DNA from: Rhizophagus irregularis
Taxonomy: Eukaryota
Assembly: GCF_026210795.1 (NCBI RefSeq)
Contig: NC_089433.1
Coordinates: forward strand, 868,001-932,000
DNA length: 64,000 nucleotides
Reading direction: 5' to 3'
This document shows, in pieces, positions 26,801 to 37,928 of this stretch. The position numbers and the translations under genes were made by a program. Position 1 is the stretch's first letter, and every line of letters begins with the position of its first letter. The notes under the pieces are model-generated. The model made no database searches and was not told the DNA's origin. It saw only the letters and a list, made by a program, of their open reading frames with translations.

Positions 26801-29800
26801 TAGTGTTTCGGGCGAAACCGAAACTAAATTTTTGGCGAAACTTCCGAAACTTGGCGAAACTAGTTTCGCCACCAGTGCAAAATTCCGAAACTGGCGGAAT
26901 TTCCGAAACCTAGCGAAACTTGCCCAAACTTCCGTAACTTCCGTAACTTGGCAAAACATGTTTTATTTATTTTTTTGTAATACATGACTGGTTTAACAAA
27001 AAAAATAACAAAATTTATTTATAAATTGCAACTTTACAATTTAGAATATTACAATATTACATAGTATTAATTATTTCATCAGCTTCGGCAGCTGGATCCC
27101 ATTCAATATCATCATTTTCATTCATAGGAACGTCTACTCTATTATCTTGAATCTCATCTTCTACACTATCTATACTATCTTCAATTATATCACCCAAAGT
27201 ATCAACAAATGCATCTAAGTCCAAAATATTATCAATATTTAATTCTTCCTCCTCACCAATTACTATTTCCTCCTCATTATTGTAATAATCAAGTAATTCA
27301 TCTTCCAATTCAAGAAGGTCTTGGTCGGGATTCAAATGTGCATCAATTAATATTTGATGAATTTCTTCAGTGGATTTTTCTATACCATAATAAGGCAATT
27401 CTTTTTTCACATTTGCATGATAATAGGCTGAAAGTTTATACATATTTTCAACTTTATTTAAGCCTAAACGGGTCCTTCTTTTGCCATATATCCAACCAAG
27501 ACTTGACCATACTCGCTCACATCCAGCTGCATGAGGTGTGACGGAAAAAAGTTTAAGTGCTAGTTGAACTAAGTAATCCTCATCTTTAGGAAAGCTATCC
27601 TCAATTGAAAACCACCAAGTATATGGAGTTTCAGTATCACCCATTTCAATATCAAAAGGTTTTTCTCGTATACGATATTGTTTCATTTGATGCATTAATT
27701 CTTTACGTTCAGCTTTGTTTTTTCCCATTTTCATAAAAATTTCATCTGCTATCATTAATAAATCTCTAAACAGACCTCGTGCCCAGCAAATTTCTAAAGT
27801 ATTTATTTGGTATGATAAATTTAATTTAGTAAATAATTTTATAATAATAACTATAATTTTGTCTTTGAAAAAAAAAAATGTGTTTGAATTTTCCATTTAG
27901 TGATTTATTAATTATTATTATAAGAATTACAGATAATATGATCCAAACTTACCAGTATAATACGGGTGTAAAAAAAAGCATAATAAATATATTGGATCAG
28001 CAAATTCAGCGTAACGACGGTTAAAAATTGAAATACACTGCTGACGAAAAACTCGATGATCATTATTAGGTAATTTTTTAATTGCAGCTCCAAGTTTTGC
28101 AAGTCCAAGAAAACAATCAGCAAGGGTGCAAGACTGAGATTCTAATGCTGCAATTGATTGTTTAATAGGACGTAAGGTAAATGCTAACGCACGTACATCA
28201 TCAAAAAATGCACGTGATCGTAAAACTGATAATACTGCTGTTGAAAGGTTTTTGGGTTTTTCACATTTTAACTAAATAAAAAGCAAAAAAATGAAATTAT
28301 TTGTTGAATTAGTAATTTAATGAATTCAGACAAATGGTTCAAAATCTTACATTTTCTAATGGTACTTTATGGCGCATAATTGAATCAACACAGTCATACA
28401 TAGTGTGCCATCTGGTATTTACCCATTTCTTCAATCCACCTCCACTAATACCACAAGCTTTAGCTTCTTCTTTTAATGCAGAACCTTTTTATATTAAATA
28501 AATTAATAAAACAATTGTAATATCAAAAAATAAAATAAAATAAAATTTAAATTAAATTACCTCCTTGATGGCTTTTTTTAAAGTATGTCACAATAGTATT
28601 ACATTTTGTTAAAATCCGATTTGCAAATGAAGTAGAGCAAATATCTTTTGAAATCAGATTAATAGCATGTGCCATGCAACGCACATTAAGAATATTTTTA
28701 TACTTTTCTGTGATAATTTGTCGTGCATTTCGAATATTTGCTCCTGAATCCGATACAATTGCTGAAAAATTTGCTGGACCAATTTCATCAATTATTTCAT
28801 CAATTGTTTTGGCTAAAAATTCGCCAGTATGGCTTTCACTTGATAGATCCTTTAAGCACCACAAATACTCCTTATGGTTGAGTGTGTGAATTAAAAAATC
28901 CCAAATTGACTCATTTGCTGAGTTTGTCCACCCATCACATGCTTGTTAGATTTAAAATAAAGATTAATTAAAATTAAATTAAAATCATTAATCATTAATA
29001 AATCAATAAACAACATACACAATGTTAAATTCACTGTATTTTTCAAATCTTTCATAACTTGTGTGTTCACAACTGCAGTTTAGTCTGCCAGAAAGTAATT
29101 CTTTTGATGGTGGCGTGTATCCTGGACGTAGAGTCTTCAAAAATTCAACAAAAAAAGGATTTTCAATTACATGCCATGAAATGCCACATACAACAAATGC
29201 TTTTACACAAGCACGATCAATTTCATGAATTCTATCCTCAGAGAGTTGACTACTTTCATGAAATTCTGACATTTTTGTTTGAATTGAACCATCATTAAGT
29301 TTTCGCTTTTTAGATGAAAGATTGGTCATATTTCCTTCAGCTTTTGCAGCAAGATGATTTAAGAAAAAGTTCCTTGTATCAGCCGGTACTTTAGAACAAT
29401 CATTAGCGAAGTGTGCTTCCAACTCTTGTGGTGAGCCCTTTTTCCAAAATAAATCACAGTATACACAGGTTGCTTCATAGTGACCTTCTGATTCTTTTCT
29501 ACCTTGTATAGCATTATCTCTCCATACCAAAGACTTAGGACGACCACCAGAATTTTTACTTTTCTTTTTTGTTGGAGTTATAGGAGTTGCATTTGGGGAA
29601 GGGTTAGAAAAGGTAAAAATTTGTGTAGACATAATTGAAGAAAATGATAATTGATAAGTGATTGTTTTCAAAGTTGGGCGATAAGAAAAAAGGGGGTTCA
29701 GGGGTAAATGGTTATTTATAAATAAACGCGTCAGTCACGTCATATAAATCTCCTTACATTTTTGCGAGGTAATACACGTGACATTTTTAGTTTCGCCAGG

Positions 29801-29925
29801 TTTCGGAAGTTTCGCCAGGTTTCGGAAATTTCGCCAAATTTCGGCAGTTTCGGAATGGCCCAAACTGAAACCTAAAATGGGCGAAATGTTTCACCAATCG
29901 CAAAACAGTTTCGCCCGAAACATTA
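26801..29925 (-). mobile_element. Full-length hAT DNA transposon
   Basis: TIR TAGTGTTTCGGGCGAAAC / GTTTCGCCCGAAACATTA, perfect 8-bp TSD CCTCCGAA, subterminal CGAAAC repeats, internal transposase. Confidence 0.95.
27057..29632 (-). pseudogene. hAT transposase (BED zinc finger, DUF659-type RNase H-like core, hATC dimerisation domain), intron-containing and frameshifted
   Basis: CVYC...H...C BED finger, CDGWT, VSDSGAN, RCMAHAINL, TRWHT, WW...LALKLFS...AGCERVWS. Frameshift near 29,080. Confidence 0.85.
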
Positions 29926-31247
29926 CCTCCGAATATAATGTTTGGGATTAACCGTAAACCAGGTAATAAACAATCATACAATATTATTTAAATCATTAAC
30001 TTGGGCTTACCGTGAGCACAATTGTAGTATACATGATTCACTTATAAACTGAAAATCTCTAATTGGATTATATGTTTATTATGTTATTATCTTTATTTAA
30101 AAAGTTACTAATAATATTAACGCTTATTTAGTTTAGCTAGCCTAAGATTTTTCCCATTTCATTGAACTGACGTTCTTTATCATATTCTAAGAGCTGACCA
30201 TAATGTTCAAATCACCGAATTCTTCTTCGATCCCAGAAAAACTTTTGAATCTTTTATCCAAAATGATTATCTTGAACCGAAGTACAAATTTGGAAGCGAG
30301 GGATTAAATGGATTCGCTCAAAATCCTGAACTTTCTTCTGATTTTACAAACAAGAGTATCCAGAATTTAATTACGCCTTTTGTACTGAACCATCATCATG
30401 TAACATTAATTTGAGCGTTATTTTAGAGAATCGATTAAAAAGAACATTTACAAGTAAATTAACTAATAATGGCTGTCAGTTTTTAGTATAGCACATAAAT
30501 TTTACAATGAAGCTATGAAAATTTTTTTGTTTTTGAGAAGTGGAGCCAAAATATATATTTTTTACTATTTGATAAATATTTGGTTTGACCTCTATTTGCA
30601 TCAACAAATTTGAATTTCATATCAATAACCTTTCTAATAATTATGCTATTTTCAAAATTATTTCACTCCTTTCTAAATAAATTGAAAAATGGCTTGTAAA
30701 TTTTTTTCTTTTTTTGTTATTGCTATCTTCTTAATTTACTGCTTCAAAAACAACCCAAAGTTTTCGCTATGATTTGAGATTTGAGCGTAAAATGGACATG
30801 AAAAACTCATTATTTAAAGACAAATTTCATTCCACCTAAATATTATGTAAGTTGTTATTTACACCTCTATTATAATAATAAGCTCATCAATAACCTAAAA
30901 ATTATTTGGTAAGCCAAAAATACATATTTTAAAGTTTTCTTGTTAAGAATTAAAATAATGTGAAAATGACCATCATTTCAATTTTGGTAGTATTTTGCTT
31001 TAGTATTGATATTTAAAAACAAAATATTTAAAATTTCGGCATTTTTTATAAGAGAGGGATAAATTAATACAAATAATGTGATTTATGCTACGCCACAATG
31101 GGAGATTGACAGCTGTCAGCTGACACACATTTATACATGCAGTATCTCATGCAGTGCTTGATCAACATGCATATTGTATCACAATATACTCTTATTAATA
31201 AAGGCGTAAAAAAAAAAAATTTACATTGTTAAGAGAATTATATAGTA

Positions 31248-34200
31248 ATGGCTCAAATCAAAGGTAAATATAACATACTAAGCAGACTGAAATATTAAAA
31301 TTTTTATTTAATAATAAATAAATTTATTTATTAATAATTTAAATATTATCTATTACCTTACGTAATATACATATGATATGATTTAAATGAATTACATTCT
31401 TGTTTAAAAATTATATTAAACAATTAGCTCGTAAGTTAATAAGTTATTTTATAGTTTAATAATATTGGAATTGCTTATTTTATTATATTCTATATAACTA
31501 AATAATTTATTTAACGATTAATAATATTATATATATAGTTAGTAAGTTATCAGTTATTTAAATCTTTAGTTCTTTACTCTATTTTGCATAATATTCAAAT
31601 AACTAAATTCTTTGTTTAAATAACTATTCAATAATCTATTATGATACAGATGGTAAGTTACAATTCTTAAAAGTTATATTTACTTGTTTAATATTTTATA
31701 TAACTAATTATATTCTTTATTTAGATTGTAAGTAATATATTTTATTTACAGTATATAATATTATATTATTTATATGATTATATCTAACTAATTATAATAA
31801 TTAATAATACTACAGGGTGTAAGTTATATGTCATCTACATTATTTCTACTATTTGTATAGTTTAAACTAACTAAATCTATTTACAAACAAATTATTTGGT
31901 TATTTCTTTTAGTTCGTAAGCTGAGTTATTATTTAATTCTATTGTTATGTATGTATATAATATTTACATATAAACTAACTAAATTTTTATTTAAAAATTA
32001 TTTAATGATATAGGGGGTAAGTTATTATTTAATTCTATTATGCTATCAATATTTCTATTGAGTATATAATTTAAATTTTAAACTAATTAAAATCTTTATT
32101 TTAATAATATAGCTTGTAAGTTATTTATTTACTTCGACTATTATTTATTTATATAATAATAATATATAATTTAAACTAAAAATTCTCTATTTAAAAAATT
32201 ATTTAATAATATAGCTTGTAAGTTATTTATTTAATTCTATTATTGCTTGCATATTTATATATTATATATAATTTAAACTAACTAAATTTCTTATTTAAAC
32301 TTAATAATATAGGGAGTAAGTTATTTATTTAGTTCTATTTTATTATATATTTATATGCATTTTAAATTTTTTCAAAAAATTATTTTGTAATTTCTTTTAG
32401 TTGGTAAGTCATAAGTTATTTATTTAATTTTATTATTACATCTTTATAATATTTATACATAATTCACATAATTTAACCTAACTAAATTCTTTATTTGGTA
32501 ATTTATTTTAGAACGTAAGTTATTATTTATTTAATTCTATTAGTATATATTTATATACTGTATTATTTATAATGTTTACGCATAATTTATAATTAAATTT
32601 TTTAATTAAAAAATTATATGATAATTTATTTTAGAACGTAAGTTATAGTTATTTATTTAATTTTATTTTTAAATATTTATAATATTTACATATAATTTAA
32701 ATTATGTAAATTCTTTATTTAAAAAATTAATTAATAACATAGGGGGTAAGTTATTTATTTAATTTTATTATTATATATTTGTATAATGTTTGCATACAGT
32801 TTAAGTTAACTAAATTCTTTATTTAAAAAATTATTTGGTAATTTCTTTTAGAACGTAAGTTATAAGTGATTTATTTAATTTATTATTATATATTTAGGAC
32901 ATTACAACTTATTTGTTAGTTTAATGTACTGATTCTTCTCTATTTTTTAAAAATCTAAAATATAATGAACATATAATAACATTTGTTTAAATACTTTCTT
33001 TAAATTATGATTATTTGAAATTTTCTGAAATTTTCTATATTCTCAAAATTTCTTAGATTTATTTAATCTATTTAATGAAAATTCCTTCTCCCACTTTATA
33101 GAAAATTCTGATGTTAAACAAACAATTAAATTGAAATGAACTTATATAATGTTTAAATGTAATTTAAATTAACTAAACTTTATTTAAATAATTTCATTTA
33201 GATCGTAAGTTATAAGTTATTATTCAATTGTATTATTACACATTTGCAGTACATTATATTTACATATAATTCAAACAAACTAAATTCCTTATTAAAAAAA
33301 ATTATTTAATAATATAGGAAGTAAGTTATTCATTTAATTCTACTATTATTATATACTTATGTAATATATTTATATATGTAATTTAAATTAACTAAATTCT
33401 TTATTTAAAAAAATTATTTAATATTATACTAGGGAGTAAGTTATTTATTTAATTTTATTATTATTACATAATTATATAATATTTACATATAATTTAATGA
33501 ATTAAATTCTTCATTCAAAAAAATTATTTAATAATAGAGAGTAAGTAATTTTATTATTACATATTTATAATATTTACATATAATTTAAACTAACTAAATT
33601 CTTTATTTAAAAATTATTTTGTAATATCTTTTAGTTGGTAAGTTATAAGTTTTTTGTTTAATTTTTTTTATTGTATTTGTATATAATGCTTATGTATAAT
33701 TTAATTCTTTATTCACAAATTATTTAATAATATAGCTCGTAAGTTATTTATTTAATTCTATGATTTATTATATTTTTATAATTTTTATATAATATTTGCA
33801 TATAATTTAAATTAATTAAGTTCTTTATTTAAAAATTATTTGGTAATTTTTTTTAGAACGTAAGTTATAACTTATTTATTAATTCTATTATTATAAATTT
33901 GTATAATGTAATCTAAATTAACTATTTAAAAATTATTTAATAATAGTTGGTAAGTTTTAGGTTATTTATTTAATTCTACGATACATATATCTATTTAAAC
34001 TAATTAAATTCATAATTTAAAATTTTTTTAATAATATAGAAAGTAAGTTACTATTTAATTTTATTATTATATATTTATACAATATTTTACATATAATTTA
34101 AACTAAATTCTTTATTTAAAATTTATTTATTAATTAATATAGGAGGTAAGTTATTTATTTAATTATATATAGGGATGGCAACGGTCAGTTATAGTCGGTC

Positions 34201-35427
34201 ATGGTCAGTTATAATCGATTATAGCAATTTAAACGGTCAGTTATGGTCGGTTAAAAATTGGTTAAACGGTCAGTTAAATGGTCGGTTATACCATTTTACT
34301 TAAATAATTGGTTAAATGGTCAGTTAAATGGTTAAAAATGGTCGGTCAGATGTTAAAACGGTTGGTTATGATCATAACTGTTGCCATCCCTAATTATATA
34401 TTATATAAAATTTATATATAATTTAAACTAATTAAATTCTATATGAAATTATTTAATAATATAGCAAGTAAGTTATTTATCTAATTCTCAATAGTTAATA
34501 TATTTACGTATATTTACATATAATCTAAACTAACTAAATTATTCAAAAATTATAGCTCGTAAGTTATTTATTTTCTATCATTATATATTTATATAATATT
34601 TGCATATAATTTAAACTAACTAAATTCTTTAATAAATTGTTAATATTATAGGAAGTAAGTTATTATTATTACATATTTATATAATATACATAATATTTAT
34701 GTATAATTTAAACTAATTAAATTCTTTAATCTTTATATAAAAATTATTCAATAATATAGCTTGTAAGTTAATTATTTAATTTTACTATTACATAATTATA
34801 TAATATTTATATATAATTTAAACTAATTAAATTTTTTATTTAAAAAAAAACTTAATAATAGATGGTAAGTTATTTATTCAATTCTAATATTATGTATTTA
34901 TATAATGATTGCATATAATTTATATTAATTTAATTCTTTATTTAATAAATTATTTAATAATATAGAAAGTAAGAATTTTAATATATATTTAGTATATAAT
35001 ATTTTTATATTTAAAAGTTAAACTAACTAAATATTTTATTTAAAAATTATTTAATCAAATAGATTGTAAGTTAGTAGTTATTTAATTTTATTACATATAA
35101 TTATATAATTTGTATATAATTAAACTAACTAAATTCTTAAAAAATTTAGATTGTAAATTATTATTTAATTTTGTTATCATAATACTTACATAAAATTTAA
35201 ACTAATTAAATCCTTTATTTAAAAAAATTATTTAATAATATAGGGGGTAAGTTATTTACTTAATTTTGTTATTGTATGTTTATATAATTTAAAATAACAA
35301 CTTTTTATTTTAAAACTATTTAATAATATAGGAGGTAGGTTATTTATTATATATTTATATAATATTTATATATGATTCATTTAATTAATTGAATTCTTTA
35401 TTAACAAAATTATTAATAATGTAGAGA
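31248..35427 (+). CDS. Candidate gene built from a 16-nt first exon plus 36 three-nucleotide micro-exons (3' end not found)
   Basis: Exon 1 ATGGCTCAAATCAAAG|GTAAAT, then 36 YAG-NNN-GT units about 100 bp apart with CTAAC/CTAAT branch-like motifs. Joined frame is MAQIKALNDWFRASWIEQREHRRKIAQLERATRTYENYWGE, with no stop. Confidence 0.7.
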
Positions 35428-35440
35428 GTGAGTTTTAATT
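31400..35440 (+). repeat. Degenerate ~100-bp tandem repeat whose unit is one intron plus one 3-nt exon
   Basis: Recurring consensus GTAAGTTATTTATTTAATTCTATTA...ATATAATTTAAACTAACTAAATTCTTTATTTAAAAAATTATTTAATAATATAG-NNN. Confidence 0.92.
34170..34392. mobile_element. hAT-type MITE inside an intron of the micro-exon array
   Basis: TIR TAGGGATGGCAAC / GTTGCCATCCCTA, perfect 8-bp TSD ATTATATA, internal GGTCRGTTA repeats. Confidence 0.9.
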
Positions 35441-35471
35441 TTATTGTAGCATATTATTTAATGTTTATATA

Positions 35472-35970
35472 TGTTGTGCCTCAGATCGATTCATGCCTCA
35501 GATTGAAGCTCACGCACCTCACATTGAGATTGTCACCTGACGCACCTCATTTGAATCATTCAATAAAGTCTGTTATAAGTAAACTTTTTTTCTCATTAAT
35601 TAAACCACTTTTTGTAACATAAACAAACTTGTGCGCCATAATGAGTTACATGTTTCCTGAAATCTTTATGTAAATCTGATTCATATTGAAGTTTATACTT
35701 GTATTTTATCTGAAAAATCATTAAATTTTAAGTCATTTTTCAAATGAAAAGATTTAATGAGCATGATTCTAATTAATCTGAAATTTTAGGATTGTATACT
35801 TAAAATAATGATAAATAAGTTTACTTAGTACTTAAAAATACATTAAAATTGGAAATTTTGATGTTTAATTATAGCTCATTTTTATTAGCAATTGAGGTGC
35901 GTCAGATGACAATCTCAAACTGAGGTGCGTGAGCTTCAATCTGAGGCAAGAATCGATCTGAGGCACAACA
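35472..35970. mobile_element. MITE with ~80-bp TIRs
   Basis: TGTTGTGCCTCAGATCGATTC...GAATCGATCTGAGGCACAACA, flanked by TATATA. Confidence 0.88.
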
Positions 35971-35977
35971 TATATAT

Positions 35978-36430
35978 CCCCTATTAAAGAAAAAATTTTC
36001 TAACGAAATGATCTATCAAAACAAAAATCTTTCCTATTAAAAATGGAATTTCCATCAAAAGAAAACAAATTCTCAACGAAATTATTTATCGAAAAAAACT
36101 CCCTATTAAAGAAAAATTCTTCAATGAAATTCTCTCAAAAAACCCCTTATTAAAAAGATGCTCCAATGAAATCTACCAAAAAATATAAATAAATTCTCAA
36201 AAGAAATTCTAAAACTCTAACGAGATTAACTATCAAAAAAAAGAAATTTCCCTATTATAAAAAAATTCTCCAATGAAATTTCTATCAAAAAACAAGCTCC
36301 GCTATTAAAAGAAATTCCCTATCAATAAAAAAATTCCCAACGAAATTTTTTTATCAAAAAATTTCCAAAGAAATTCTTATCAAAAAAAAAAGCTTTGCAT
36401 ATATTAAAAAAAAAAATATCTCTACCAAAA
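35978..36430. repeat. Degenerate minisatellite (CCCTATTAAA...CAAYGAAATT...TATCAAAA units)
   Basis: About 6-7 recurrences of cctattaaa spaced 45-105 bp apart. Confidence 0.55.
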
Positions 36431-36539
36431 ATTTTTTAAAACTACGCTAACCATGTGATTGACAAAATATGTTGCCGGGCAATGTCAGCTCGGTGCTGAT
36501 CTTTTTCAGCATCGGATAGCATTTTTTCAGACTCTGAGC

Positions 36540-37637
36540 TAGTGCCTCGACCCGTATCCGGATCAATCCGGATTGATCCGGATTTTTTTTTTTCGGATAT
36601 CCGGATTTTCACGGGTTTCATCCGGATTATAAACCGGATGAAAAATATCCGGTTTGACCCGGAATCCGGATGAAATTTTTATTATTTTTTTTTTTAATTA
36701 ATAATGATTTTGCTGATCCATAAAGATCTATATCTAAATTATATTATGGCTAATTATTTTTGCGCCTAATACCAATTTTTTTATTAAAATTTATTAAATT
36801 TATATTTGTTATATTAAACTTTTTAATACAGTAAGTTTAAGAAGATTTTTCAATTATAATTTATTTATTGAAGTTTGTATCAGATTTGTTTATTTAAATT
36901 TATACATTAACAAATAACAAATAATTTTAGATTTCACATTCAAACGTTCAAAAGAAAAAAAACTTTATATTATTTTTGTTACAACAAAATAATAATTATT
37001 GTTTTAAATGAAAAATTGTTCAATATTATAAATTTATATAATTATAACAACTTTTTTTAAAAATTAAAACTAGTGTTATATAATTTGATTCAAATGATTC
37101 TTTAATTTTTGAAAGAAGAAACAAATCCTTAAAAAATTGCCTTACTAACCCAACACATCTATTTATAGTAATCTTTAGCTGTATATAAAAATATCTTGTT
37201 TAAAATTTCATAATTAGTTAATTTACAAAGAAATGTTAAACAATATTCTGAGACAATGCTGAAATAATATGAAATTGTTTTAAAGAAAAGTATTTAATGA
37301 AATTGGAATTATGTAAATTTCGTGGTCTTGGATAATTTTGGCCAAATTTGTAATTCTGGCCGAAATTAACATCACGTGACACCGGGAAATAGTTTAGCCA
37401 CCGGGCAAAAAATTTTTTATCGGCTGGCATGAAAATTTAATGTTACACAATTTGTAATTCTGGCCGGCGTTATGAATTCTGGCCAGAATTATTGCCGATC
37501 ATTTGTAAATCCAATCCGGTTTCCGGTTTCTATCCGGATTATCTGATCCGGATTCAAAATCCGGGTCAATCCGGATATAATCCGGATTTTTTTTTTGTGT
37601 AATCCGGATGACGGTTTTCATCCGGGTCGAAGCACTA
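36540..37637 (-). mobile_element. 1.1-kb non-autonomous hAT element, copy B (inverted relative to 9,776-10,871)
   Basis: Near-identical reverse complement of copy A, with its own perfect 8-bp TSD CTCTGAGC. Confidence 0.92.
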
Positions 37638-37928
37638 CTCTGAGCTGATCTTTGTCAGACCCGGACACCAGAACCGTGGAATGCTTAAAATAGGTTTATT
37701 CAACAAAATATTAATGCTGTACGACTATCATTGGCTTAATATAGGTTTATTATACACTCATTTACACAACAAAATATCGGAGAAAAGGTTTTTCCTAGAA
37801 TGTTTAATTGTTCATGAAAGTGACGAAAAATTTTATTGATTATTCATTGAGAATATACAAAACGAATATTTCATTTGGTTTTTAGATTATAAGAAAATAA
37901 AATCTTTTAAAAAAATTATTCTTAAAAA

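Noticed and set aside
27209..29547. Short antisense or alternate-frame ORFs over the hAT transposase
   Set aside because: Shadows of the transposase coding sequence.
31400..35440. CRISPR-like array or plain satellite reading of the ~100-bp repeat
   Set aside because: Eukaryotic context with no cas genes. The variable part is only 3 nt and the most conserved bases are spliceosomal signals.
35428..35622. 64-aa ORF as a terminal exon of the micro-exon gene
   Set aside because: It starts at the GTGAGT donor and runs through a MITE TIR. In the phase-1 frame, read-through hits TAA within a few codons.
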